Source: Macrostomum lignano (lineage: Eukaryota). From it: DNA of 54,108 nucleotides. Shown piece after piece: positions 26,301 through 39,507 of the stretch. Both the position numbers and the translations under genes were made by a program. The stretch is taken from the NCBI GenBank assembly GCA_002269645.1, contig NIVC01004226.1, positions 1 through 54,108 of the forward strand, read 5' to 3'. Each line of letters begins with the position of its first letter. The stretch's first letter is position 1. A model generated the notes under the pieces. That model was not told where the DNA came from and did no database searches. It was given only the letters and a program-made list of their open reading frames with translations.

Positions 26301-28537
26301 TCATTCTGACACTCTCTGATATCCATTCAAAACGTCTTTCCGAGTCGCTTCTGGTGCACTTTTTCCCTGACAACCCTCTTCATTTTTTCGTCAGCACCAG
26401 CAAAGTTAAGCTGAGTTGGCCTTGGTTAGTACGCAGTTGAATTAAGACTTATTTTATCTCCCCAAAAAATTACCTTTTAATAATCTGCTCATAAAATTAC
26501 ATTAAGAATGTTTCTCAGACTTCTTAAGTCTGTTTTTAATCTATAAATTTTTTGCATGTACATGTACGTGTAATTCCCGATAACTTAATTTATACATGCT
26601 AAAAGTTCGTTCGTGCTAAAAAAAGTTAGCAACCTTCCATATTGGTGGCGCTATATGCAATAGAAGTACCATTTTTTAATCATAATCTGAGGAATCAATA
26701 CTTATAAGTCACGTACTCCGACACTCAATTTTATGGTTTTGTCTGGCTACTCATTCTCAAACTTTATGAAACGTTTGCAGATAGCTAACAGTCCCTAAAA
26801 CTCAAGGTCATGCTGTACTCTAAGCTAGGTCTATTTCAATCTTTACTCGTAATTATCGCAAGCACAACTGGTTTTGAGTTTAATGTTTTTAAAAATTCAT
26901 GAACTAAAAAGTTCCCTGATGCAGATGTACCTGCAAATTTGTACATGTATGTACTGCTTGGTCATCTTGCAAAAATTAGAAAGATGATCTCTACGGCATT
27001 ATGCATGGAACCTAGAGTTTTTCAAGCGTCAGAATTGTGATGCCATTTAGCATTCTGCAATCGAAATCATGCAAACAAAATATCAAGGACCACTATACTA
27101 ACATCTCTATCCTACCAGCCATTTACCGGCCCTATCGGCAAATATTGAAGCTTCCATCTTCCATGCAGTTCCAACTAACCTAAAATTAAATAGCATCCAG
27201 CTTATAAAAAAAACTGGGTGACAATTTTCTAATTAGAGTTGAGATGTTGTCATGACATCCGCTGCGACACAAAAATAATGCGAAAAAAGAAGTGATTTAA
27301 AAAAAATTAATTGTCATCCTGGTTCTCAATCATCTCTTCTCCTCGTCAGATTGACTGACGTACATGTACATTTTTCTAGGAAATAAAAAATTAAATTTAT
27401 CATTTTTGAAGGTACAAACACATGCAATACGCAGTATAGTTCCCAACGCACTAACGGCGAGTAAAATAGGAAAGTTACGTAATGTCGAGTCATCAGCCGG
27501 GTGAGCACTTATATTACTAATTAAGCAAACTTGCCGCAATGTCGTCACCATTGCAAGGTTCAGGAAACCACGCGGGTTAAGGGACAAAATTACGATTCCT
27601 TTCTCGAAAAATAGGCTAGAACTCTAAGCTATAGATTACAGCTAAATTCATTTCTTTACAAAAAAAACTCGGCATACAATATACACTGTATGCAGTATGC
27701 ATGCAATACAGCTACCTGCATTTGCGTAAAAGAACAACAAGGGAGCCAGCTTTCATTATAAGTTCATTTCTAAGTGGATTATCGCAGAGATAATTAAAGA
27801 TTAAAGCTCATGAATGGAAAGCGAATACTCCCTTTCTGACATGTACTTTACATGTACATTTACGCAGCGACAGTATTTCCCTGTCGATCTATATCAATGC
27901 AGAAGAATATTCGAATGCGACAGCAGTCCGCGGATATCACTTTAAGTTCGAAGTCAACTAAATCATGATTTAATCATATCTTTTAAATAATTTAGTTATA
28001 ATTAGTTTTTAGGCAGACACACTGACGACTTATGCAGACGTGAAAGCATTAATCCAATACATTTAACTTGAGATAGGTCTCAATTTTAGGAGGCATATTT
28101 TATTAAATAAATTAGCTGCTTGTACTGCATTTAAATAATGCTGCAAATTTTGTGAAATAACAAAAAATTTAAATTACCGTTATGTAAAACCTATTAGAAT
28201 AGAAAATAAAGCCCATATATTTATAAATTAAACATTTATGCTTGCATGTGGCTTGAAAGTAAAAGTGAATATTCTTCTGTTTCAAATAGCACGATATTTT
28301 TGGCTTTTATTCAAATCACTAAAACTGGCTCTGGAATTTTCCATAGCTTAGTGCGAGCTATTTCATTGTGTCTAGCAAACCAAATTTCTATTTTCTGTTT
28401 TTTTAATAATTTGATTTGTTATACAGAGGTGGTTAATGTACATTAAGTTTTCAGTCAATCCGTGGTATATCTGAGAGTCTATTTATAAAGAATTTGACTG
28501 ATTTCACAATAAAACCTTATTTTTTACTGAAGCTACA

Positions 28538-31500
28538 ATGAGTTTAAGTAAAAAACAACCTGATCCTATAGCTGACGACTTTGAGGTAAGCTATATTTTG
28601 AAAATAATCTTCAAGATTCAATGGAAATTTAGAATGGAAATTTAGTTTCAAATAGAATAGAGAACTTTCCTTTCCTAAAAAAACACTGAACCTACTCTTA
28701 GTCTTAACTCTTATGTGTATTTAAATCACATAAATTCAGAAGAAATTCTATAATATATTTCCTTAATAAATCCCCATTTTCTTTTTCAGAATTCCATATT
28801 TGCTCCTCAAAAGCTATTTTAATAGAAACCACATAGGTCTAACATTGTCACTGTACGAAAAAAGTCAAATTAAATGCAAATAAAACATTTTTTTGCATAT
28901 TAAAAAATTATAAATCTTAATTTTCCATTATTATCAAAGCAAAGGAAACATTACCAGTACTTCTTTCTTGTTTCAAGAAAAAAATATTAAATGCAATAAA
29001 AGATTAATAATGCTTATCAATTGTGCTTATCTATCAACAGATGAATCTTGCTGAAGAGCCAGCACCAGAAGGTGAATCCAAGCACAAGGAGCAGCAGAGC
29101 AGGGACTCTTGGGGTGGCAAAGCAGAATTCCTGTTTTCTTGCCTCTCCTATGCTGTTGGCTTGGGAAATGTTTGGCGATTTCCCTACTTGTGTTACAAGG
29201 TGAATTAATTTATTGATTTTGCATGATCCTTCTATAGATATGCGCTCGTACATGTGATCTTAATTGAATGTTATTGTGCAACCTTACTGTACATTGAATA
29301 TATACTTTTAGTTCTTAGATTTATATTGTAGAATTGTTCATATCAGTGATACTGGCAATTCTCTTTAGAATTTAGCTAATATTATAGATTTTAATTGGTT
29401 TGTCAGTGCAACTGGTACAATTCAAATAAATTTATCATACAATTCCAACAAAATTACTTTTACTATTGTTTAAAATACAACAGAATGGTGGAGGCGCCTT
29501 TCTGCTACCCTTCATCTGCATGCTAGTGACTGTAGGAATTCCCCTGCTCTACATGGAGACCTGCTTTGGCCAGTACTCTGCCACTGGACCAATCACTGTG
29601 TGGAAGGCTAGCCCCCTGTTCACAGGTAAGAATTTAGCAGGATGTCTCTACACCTAAATTAAACTTTATTTAACTTGACAGCTTTTCATTTCCAAACAAT
29701 GGCAAACTTCACAATCCACAAAGTTCACAATCCCCAAGCTTCACAAGCAGTTGAGGTTTGCCCACTGTCAAGGCTTGATCAGCGAAACTAGAAAATTCGC
29801 AATAGGGTGTCCATAGTCACCTGGTGTCACCTGTTGAAGGTCCAGAAGCTCCGCCTACGTGAAGGCCAGTGACCAACGAAATCAGAGCTGATGCAGACCC
29901 ATATGATCGACGTGCTGATGAAATTTGGAGGCTTGGCAAGGCTGCACTGAGGTGTACTGAATACACTAAATCTGACCTTCTGGCAAAAATTATCGAATAT
30001 CTCGACGGTCCGGAGGGTTGGCGACTTGATTCCTGTTTGAGAAGGTGCAAAACAAAAAGTTAGCTCGTGTTTTTAAATTTCGTGTGCTTTGCTTTGTTTC
30101 CGTTTCAGAGGGTGAGAATCCCCTACTCCTTTGGTAGCTTAACAACGGTGCAGAAAAATGCTTGGTATTCCTACTGTTTGCCAGCCAAGCCCTGTTTGCC
30201 GTAGATTCGTAGAATCTTCATGGTTTATGACTCTTTGGGTTGATTATTCATGCTCTCACGCATTGGCCCATACGGCCTTAGCTTAAAATATTACGAGCTA
30301 GTAGCGGAGTGCCGCAAAAGGCTTCGCTAAAGGTTCCCATTTGCAGACATCTTAGGCGCACCGAATTTTGTAAACTTGGAGCCTGGTGTGACAAATAAGG
30401 CAAAATAGTAAGTTGGCTGGCTTCAGTCAAGGAATAAAACTGTTTCAGTACAAGAAAGACAAACTCCAGATTAATATTGCTTTTAGTAATCCTTGGCTCT
30501 AATTTCTATACTATTATCTATCTAGGAAAATCACGGCTAAGTAAAGAGCGGGCGTCCATCTCTCTCTCCACCCTTACTCAGCAGTTTCCTCAGTAGTTTT
30601 CCATTCATATTTTGGCCAGTCTATCTGAAATAAAATTACAGTGGAAGAGAACGAGAGAGAGAGAGACGTACAGCTTTAGCCATGGAGGGGGGTTGTTTGA
30701 GAGAGTCTGACAGCTACCCTACTGCAGGAGTTTTAGAATCTCAATGGCTTCTTAGTTATTTACCGACTATTTTTTTTAGTCTCTTTCTTTGTCTGCGAGA
30801 CTGCGGCCGTGTCGCGTGCGTCATGAGCACAGCTCGTGCTGCTATTGCTGCTGCTGCTGCTGCACCCGATGTGCAGAAGTGTTTTGTTGAACTTTTCTCT
30901 CTCATTAATAGCCCCTGATGACTGGAGGGGGGGGCTATGTGCAGCCTTCAATTATAGCCTTCACGACGTCTTTTTTTAGTTTTCCATGGAATATTTCCAA
31001 CAGACTAAGACCTATTGCCTGGTCTTGGCGGGGGTGAACTATACATACTTACATAGGTAATGATGAACTCTCTAAAAAGTTTTTCCTAGTAGTTACGAAC
31101 TCAATTTTCGAGTACTTAAGACTGGAAGCATTGAACACATTGTCTGACCTAATTAATGTCTTAACCAAGACTAATATGACCATCAAGTGGCTATTACAAC
31201 AACAATCTATGTAATAAAAAGGGTCTAATATTTGAATAAATAAACTCTGATGTCAAGGCTCATGCGGAGAATTTCTCAAGGCAAATAGGATTCAGATAAA
31301 TAATTTTTGTCCCTTGCTTATTGGGCGCCCCGAAGGGGGGTTCTAGATTGCTAGTGATAAACTAGAACTTTATTTCCAATTTTGTCATCACCTGCCGATG
31401 CTCATGGACCTCTCCCAATCACCTGCTGATTCTCATGGACATCTCTCCCAATCACCTGCTGATTCTCATGGACCTCTCCCAATCACCTGCTGATTCTCAT

Positions 31501-34500
31501 GGACATCTCTCCCAATCACCTGCTGATTCTCATGGACCTCTCCCAATCACCTGCTGATTCTCATGGACATCTCTCCCAATCACCTGCTGATTCTCATGGA
31601 CATCTCTCATACAATCACCTGATTCTCATGGACATCTCTCCAATCACCTGGTGATTCTCATGGACATCTCTCATACAATCACCTGATTCTCGTGGACATC
31701 TCTCCAATCACCTGCTGATTCTCATGGACATCTCTCCCCCAATCACCTGCTGATTCTCATGGACATCTCTCATACAATCACCTGATTCTCGTGGACATCT
31801 CTCCAATCACCTGCTGATTCTCATGGACATCTCTCATACAATCACCTGATTCTCGTGGACATCTCTCCAATCACCTGCTGATTCTCATGGACATCTCTCA
31901 TACAATCACCTGATTCTCGTGGACATCTCTCCAATCACCTGCTGATTCTCATGGACATCTCTCATACAATCACCTGATTCTCATGGACATCTCTCCAATC
32001 ACCTGCTGATTCTCATGGACATCTCTCATACAATCACCTGATTCTCATGGACATCTCTCCAATCACCTGCTGATTCTCATGGACATCTCTCCCCCAATCA
32101 CCTGCTGATTCTCATGGACATCTCTCACAATCACCTGCTGATTCTCATGGACATCTCTCACAATCACATGATGATTCACGTGGACAACTCACTCCCCACT
32201 CCCGTGCAACCTCTCAGGACTCGTTGTGTTCGCCCTGGATATTTACTAAAATTCCTAACTACATTAAACATTAAGAAAGCACAATCTACTAATTTTATGC
32301 AAGTCAACCGAACTGTATATACAACAGTAACGCACTCCCAACAATTTCCCTCATTTTTACAAAACAGGCATCGGTTGGTCGATGATTATCATCACATTTT
32401 GCGGCAGCATCTACTACAACATGCTGATCGCTTGGACGATGTTCTACTTCTGGCAGAGCATCAGCTCAGTGACTGGCGACCTGCCCTGGACCACGTGCAG
32501 CTCCAGCTGGAACACCGGCGACTGCGTGCACATTCGCACCTTGTCGGAGCGAAATCGGTGCAGGCGTCAGGGCGGGTTCTTCGCTTTCGCTCTGAACCAC
32601 AGCTGCCTGCTGCCCAACAACGCCAGCTGGGTGATGGAGTCTTCGGATGGGGCCATGAGGCCGTTTCCTGGAAACGACACGCCCGACGGTACCGCCTTGT
32701 CGACATTCTACGACGAAGCCGCGACGTTGAACTCCACGAATACCAGCCTGCTGCACAACTTTCTGGGCTCCGTGCCCGCGCCCAAGACCTCCAGCGACGA
32801 GTACTTTCAGTGAGTAGCCCGTAAATTCCGCAACAGCTTAGCTGTACATGCCATGACTTCTCAGGGTGGGTTGTCTTTAGACATGCCTGCAAGATTAGAA
32901 ATTCATTGCCGCTGTACACCCTGAGTGAGCGTGTGTATGAGTGCTGTGCCTGCACTCTGACTCAGGAGTCAGCGGAATGTGCAGAATTGCGTCAGCGCAA
33001 CTACAAGCATATTATTATTAACTTAATGCTCTTTGAAACACTGTACCTGGCTATTAACTTTTTAACCGCTATATTCCAGCAACTTCGTCCTGTCTATCTC
33101 AAACGGATTTCACGAGATGGGCTTGCCGAAATGGGAACTGGTCCTCTGCCTGCTGGCCTCTTGGATTGTGGTGATCCTCTGCCTGATTCGGGGAGTTAAA
33201 TCTGCTGGAAAAGTGAGTTTCATTCGATCCCCCTGTACACCTTGTGTGAGCGTGAGAGGCACGAGTGCAGTTGCCTCCTCGCTTTCTACTGGTCGACTAC
33301 CCCACTGCAGTTATTCTCCTACACGTAAATTTGCACTGCACTTTTCTAGTGTGACTAGCAATGCATCATCAACGTAGCAATTAGCAGTCAACACGGCAAA
33401 TGATGTTTTATTGCGCAGTTGGAGTGGCCCATCTAGGGGTAAATAGAATCTGTGGCATGAACTGAGTCTCATGCCAATGACTTTGCACTGATTCAGATGG
33501 TTTTTTGGCCATAGACATTTTTGCAGCGACGGGGCTGTAATTAATAGATAATTAGAAGCTTTTCAAAGGCGAGCATTTTTTCGAGCAGATTCGAGTTTGT
33601 AAAGACTCGAGTTTGTGAAGATTTGAGTTTGTGAAGATTCGAGTTTGTGAAGATTCGAGTTTGTAAAGATTCGAGCTTGTGAAGTTTCAAGTTTGTGAAA
33701 ATTCGAGTTTGTGAAGATTCCAGTTTTTGAAAATTCGAGTTTGTGAAGATTCCAGTTTGTGAAGATTTGAGTTTGTGAAGATTTGAGTTTGATAAAGCCC
33801 CTCGCTGTTGCTCGAACTTATTGTCGAATAATATATCCAGTGGTTATCAAGAAATAAAAGTCGCATATCTTTACAGAAAATTCCCTAGAGGTACCCCACA
33901 GCTACTAGGCTCACTTACACTTTGACCGTTGACCTACTTTGATACAAATCTGCCCGACTTTGATCTGCCTGACCACTCTCTCTCTCTTACAGTTTTTATT
34001 AGCTTCTAGACTTAGGACTAAGAAGAGTATAAAGTTTATTCAAATAACAAGCTAGATGTATCGCCGGTTTATAAAGCTTAGCCGGCTTGATTCACACTAA
34101 AACAGTGTTGCTGGCGTGTGACTAAGTAAAAAAACCCATCAGAAATATACAAAACCTAATAATTAGTTAGCATTAGATTTGTGTAAAGTTAGAGTTCATT
34201 TACCTAAATAGCATACATGTGAATTAACTTTGGCCAGATTTTATACATTTAGAGGTCACGGGAACATACCTGGTATGATAATATTGCACTATCATCATCA
34301 GACTACTGCCCAGCAGTAGACCACACGGAAAATTTGATCTATATTTATTGTGTTTAATAAGAACACAGAAAACATCTATCAAATCTCAACTCTTTAAATG
34401 ATAAAGAAATTTTTTTTACATTGCAGGCTGTGTATTTCACAGGGTTGTTTCCATACCTTGTGCTCACTATTCTGCTGATTCGTGGACTCACTCTGGAAGG

Positions 34501-37500
34501 CAGCTCAAAGGGTTTGGAGTACTTTTTCATTCCCAACTGGGATCGGCTGGCCGACGCGAAGGTCTGGGGCGACGCCGCGATGCAGGTACACTTTGTACTT
34601 TTTCTCTGACAGCCTGAGTCAGCTAAATGAAATCTACAAAAAATAACAACATTTTCCGCAGGTGTTTTTCTCCCTAGCCAGCGGCTGGGGCGGCATCATC
34701 GCTTTGAGCAGCTACAATAAATTCCATAATAACGCTTTGCTGTGAGTTTCTCATATTTTATATATTTTACCTTGATATGAGCATAGCGGCTTACAAAAAC
34801 AGCCAGTATTTTGAAGCAATTTTGCGAATTAAAAATAAATCAATATTCAGTGACTCCCTTCTGGTGTCACTGGGCGACGGCGCCACGTCAATCTATGCCG
34901 GTATGACCGTCTTCTGCGTGCTCGGCTACATGAGTCACGTGATGTCTGTGCCCATCGACGAAGTAGCCAAGGATGGTGAGATGCTCATTCGGTCTTGAAA
35001 GTTTCTATATATCGATGAAGGAACATTTGGCATGATTTCAGGCGCCGGTTTGGCCTTTATTCTCTACCCGGACATTGTGACTTCGATGCCCGTGTCGCCG
35101 CTGTGGGCCGCTCTATTCTTTGGCATGCTGCTCACCCTCGGCTTTGGCACCATGATTGCCAATGTGAACACGCTGGTTACATCCGTGTGCGACAATTGGA
35201 GCCGGCACCTTAGCATCGGCAAACGGCCTTTCATTGTGCTCTGCGCCATCTGCCTGCTGGCCTTTGTCTGTGGCCTGCCCTGCACAACTCGGGTGCGAGA
35301 TGGTTCTGAAGCTTATGTTTTTTAGCTCAGGCTCATTAAATTAGGTTTTGGACACACACTGAATAGACCGCGTGATAAGATAGAGCAGATGAGTAGCAAA
35401 GTTATGGCACCCCAAGTGCTGGCGCCCCAGGTGCTGGCGCCCCAGGTGCTGGCGCCCCAGGTGCTGGCGCCCCAGGTGCTAAATCCTCTGGTGCTAAAGC
35501 CCCTGGTGCTAAAGCCACTGGTGCTAAAGCCCCTGGTGCTAAAGCCCCTGGTGCTAAAGCCCTGGTGCTAAAGCCCCTGGTGCTAAAGCCCCTGATGCTA
35601 AAGCCCCTGGTGCTAAAGCCCCTGGTGCTAAAGCCCCTGGTGCTAAAGCCCCTGGTGCTCAAGCTCCTGGTGCTAAAGCCCCTGGTGCTAAAGCCCCTGG
35701 TGCTAAAGCCCCTGGTGCTAAAGCCCCTGGTGCTCAAGCTCCTGGTGCTAAAGCCCCTGGTGCTAAAGCCCCTGGTGCTAAAGCCCCTGGTGCTAAAGCC
35801 CCTGGTGCTAAAGCCCCTGGTGCTAAAGCCCCTGGTGCTAAAGCCCCTGGTGCTAAAGCCCCTGGTGCTCAAGCTCCTGGTGCTCAAGCTCCTGGTGCTA
35901 TCTATTGTGTTTGACTGCAACCAAAATTCTCAGACAAATATCTATGATAAGACTTAAAGCTTCTCAATATTCCGTTCCATCGAGAATTGAAAATTAGTTT
36001 GAACAGACTATCGAGCACTTGAAGCTAATTATATTATTATTATTCAGGGTGGAATGTTCGTTCTGCAACTGCTGGATAACTACAGCTGCACCTATTCTGT
36101 TCTCGTGGTTGGATTCCTAGAGCTGGTAGTCATCACCTGGGTGTACGGAGCTGACAATTTTCTAGACAACATCGAGGAAATGAACCCTTTTATTCGAAAG
36201 TCCCGAGTCTTCTGGCGAATTGTCTGGCAGTTCTTCTCGCCGTTGGTACTCGTCTCTGTGGCTATTTTCACCTTCACGTCGATTAAGCCGTCAAAGTACG
36301 GCCTGTACGAGTTTCCGCCGAGCGCCGATATTACTGGCTGGGTGATCTCGATGCTTGTTGTCATGCCAATACCTGGAGTTGCTATCTATAAAGTTGTCAC
36401 GTTGAAGGGCAACATGTCGCTGAAGCAGGTAAGAAAGAGTTGTCTAGTTTTGATGTGAATGTATACTAGCCGTTGATGAAGCCGGTGCTCAGGAGTGAGC
36501 GGAATGGGCAGCACTACATTTATCAAATCAGACCGTGATTTGATATTTCGATAAACGTAGTTCTTGACATCAGATTTATCAAATGGGAAATCTTCGAACT
36601 GTCGTTACGTACTGATGATTGGCATGGGCTGTTTTCACAGCAATAAAACCTTTTTTTTAATAATGGGGCTTAGGCCGGCTAATGACCAAAACAGAGGCGT
36701 CGATATGGATCAAAGCCAAGTGGGGGGACAAAGCCAAGAATTCAACATGTACATGTACATGACTAAATTTTGGCACTCATTTTGGCGCCGCAGGCACTCA
36801 TTTTGGCGCTGTAGGCACTCATTTTAGCGCTGTAGGCACTCATTTTGGCGCCGAAGGCACTCATTTTGGCGCCGAAGGCGCTATATTTCGGCGCCCTGAA
36901 GAAACATTATTGATTACCACAACGACTCACAAGATGGGGTGGGGGAACAAAGCATTGGCATGTCCCCCCAGAGATTTTACTGGGGGGGGACATGTCCCCT
37001 CTGTCCCCCCCCCCGGTGGCGACGCGCCCAGACCAAAAAGTGTTCTTTTTAAGCATGCTCAGTCATACTCTTTCTTATTTCCAACAGAAGATACACAGCC
37101 TGATGCTGCCCCACCGCAGCTGGGGCCGCGAGATGGGCAAGAAGGTCCGCCGCCGTTCCAGAGTCGGCAACGAAGACATGAACGGCGACGGACTGCCGTT
37201 CGAGACGTCCCAGGTGAGTAACGTCAAATGGATCAAATTTTAGAGGCTCGTGCGCTTGATAACCAAGAATGACGATGTGCATCCTGTGGGAGTGTGTGCC
37301 TGCGTACGTATCTGTTATGACTGTTGGTGTGTTCGCTGGCTTTGGAACGACTGTCCGTTTGATTTGCGTCCGTGTCAACATGTCAACCAAACCATGCAGG
37401 ATCATAAAAATAGGAATTTTTAATCTAAACTTTTCAGCACACTGTTGTAGAGTGGAACGCTGGCTTGAAACCTTCGACATTGTAGTCAATAGTCAAAGAC

Positions 37501-38030
37501 TTACTCAGGTAGAAGGACGGGAAACTACGCTTCTTGGAAAATTTACGGAGCCAGGTTTTTACCATTTTAGACACAGTAAATGTAAGATTGTACGCAGAAT
37601 CCTAATTTTTCAAACAAAAAGCTTTATGAATATCAATAGAGCCTGTTAAGAAATGCAAAGCATATCAAAAGATAAGCATTGGGTCTCCTTTATATCAGAA
37701 GCAATAACGATTTTTGTGAAACCTCCTATCTCCATAAACCAACCTCCTAAAATGTTCCAAGAAACGTGGTTTCCCGTCCTTGTACTTGAGTAGTCCTTGA
37801 CTATTTTTAGGCACTGTTCTGTTCAAATTGACGACTGACACTCGTAGCAAGCGTCTATATTCTTACGGGACCGGATAAGTGATCTTTTTAAAACAAACCT
37901 GTTGCAGCAACCGCTGACGAACTCTGTGCTCCAGAGTGTCTCCGGCGTCAGCAACAACGGGGCTAACATTGGCGCGTCTACCGATTCGCGTTTCTTGCGA
38001 ATCCTTCGAGGCGGTGGCGTCAATGTTTAG
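28538..38030 (+). CDS. SLC6 Na+-coupled amino-acid transporter, GlyT/PROT/ATB0,+-like (paralog A), ~722 aa, 12 exons
   Basis: Exons 28538-28585, 29041-29199, 29484-29625, 32368-32809, 33080-33212, 34427-34585, 34662-34741, 34851-34975, 35042-35292, 36048-36428, 37088-37213 and 37908-38030 (last exon less certain) join in one open frame. Motifs [61 protein letters not shown]. Gly rather than Asp in TM1 excludes a monoamine transporter. Confidence 0.95.
31398..32170. repeat. ~29-bp minisatellite (CAATCACCTGCTGATTCTCATGGACATCTCTC) in SLC6-A intron 3
   Basis: About 26 units with alternating variants. Confidence 0.95.
33583..33790. repeat. 16-bp minisatellite (GAGTTTGTGAAGATTC) in SLC6-A intron 5
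   Basis: About 13 units. Confidence 0.9.
35409..35899. repeat. 15-bp minisatellite (CCCTGGTGCTAAAGC) in SLC6-A intron 9
   Basis: About 32 units. Confidence 0.95.
36692..37030. mobile_element. hAT-like MITE with 8-bp TSD and an internal 21-bp tandem repeat, in SLC6-A intron 10
   Basis: GACCAAAA at 36684-36691 and 37031-37038; imperfect termini CAGAGGCGTCG / CGACGCGCCCA; internal CACTCATTTTGGCGCCGAAGG repeats; subterminal G and C runs. Confidence 0.72.
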
Positions 38031-39507
38031 GGATCCGAACCGGTTGGGACTTTGACGAGAGATCGACGGGACCCAACAGAGCGTTCCCTCGTCCTCTCGA
38101 TCATTAGGTTCATCTCGGCGTGTGCTCAGCGTTACTCAAAGCTGCTGCTGCTGCTGCTCCTTTCGCAGTTTCGTTTGGGCAAACGCGTAGAAGCAGTTCA
38201 GTTCGATCGAGACAGCGCATCACAATTTTTACCCTATTCATTCATTTTAATTAGAACAGCCGAGATTTCAACAAGATCCTCTGCTGGACGTCAAGTAACA
38301 AAATGAAAAAATGAAAAAAACAGAAAAATGATCATTTTAACAAAGTGAACAACCCTTGGTTTAATTGTTGCTTTTTCAGCTTTGACACATTGGTTTCTGT
38401 TATTTGTTTTGCAAATTTAATTCAGCATGCTTGCCGTCAGCTGGAATTCTTTTATTTTTTATCGTGTGGGAAATTAGTATCCCATCAAACATATACTTTT
38501 TGTAGATTCGTCAAATACGCCTTAATTAAGCAGTGTTAAATATGGTCATCGTGTCGTCCCTTTTTAATTACATTAAATCCACCGAATCGTTCGTGCAACA
38601 GTTGTGTAGTTTTGCTGTACTGTCTCTCAAAAATATTTTACTAAGTTTTCTCTCTGTTAGACATTCGCTCTATTTTATTCTGCTTTCAGCATCAAGTAGT
38701 TAATAAAAGTGTTGTATTTTATCAAAAATTATTCAGCTGACAGCTGTGTTTCTCACTTATATATAGTGACACAGTGTGTGTAAAACAAAAATATACGTGT
38801 CTGTGCAAATATATAGAAAGCCCACATTTTGACAGACCTCTCATTGTCAGGAATGAATTTTTGTGCGTTTAATTCTGTTACTAAACGCTTTCAATACTTA
38901 TTTTAATCAAATAAAGAAAATAACAAATACTTAGGGCACACGGCTTGTTAATGTCGTATAAGGAAGCGGGGAAAACAATCATTATTGGAATATTTTTGTA
39001 TATGTTCATTACAACTTAGTTCATAAGTTTACCCCGTTCTAAAATATAAAAAAAGGAACCATTTTATAATTAACCATTTGGAACTGTGCAAAGCATATTG
39101 TCAACGAATTAAAATTTCAACTAAATATTATACCGTGCAAAGCAACATGTATAACAAAATATATAGTAAAATCTATTCTAAACTACGGCACGGATAAAAT
39201 AAACAGCCGCTTGCTAAAATTTGTAATATTTACATTTTTCTTTTGCTTCAAAGTATATCACTCACTTCTCACGATAGCAAATACAAAAAAATAAGATTCT
39301 GAATGGCTTTTCGACTCCGGACGTGATGCATTAAAAGCAGACTTAGTTTTACAGTCTGGCTCTGTGCATGCGTTGATACTAAAATAACTGATTGTGCGTT
39401 TAAGCCGATTTTCTAGAAAATTTACGAGCATTGCAGATTTCAGATACAAAGCTGCTCCAGTCGGTTAAAAAAAGGACCTGCAATTTTCTGGCAGCTCGCA
39501 AGCAAAC

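Noticed and set aside
32114-32955. Alternative-frame and antisense ORFs over SLC6 exon 4 (and 43914-44458)
   Set aside because: Shadows of a GC-rich coding exon; their duplication is explained by paralogy.
37823-38100. Antisense small gene or neuropeptide precursor at the SLC6-A 3' end
   Set aside because: Better explained as the shadow of the plus-strand terminal exon 37908-38030; no signal peptide.
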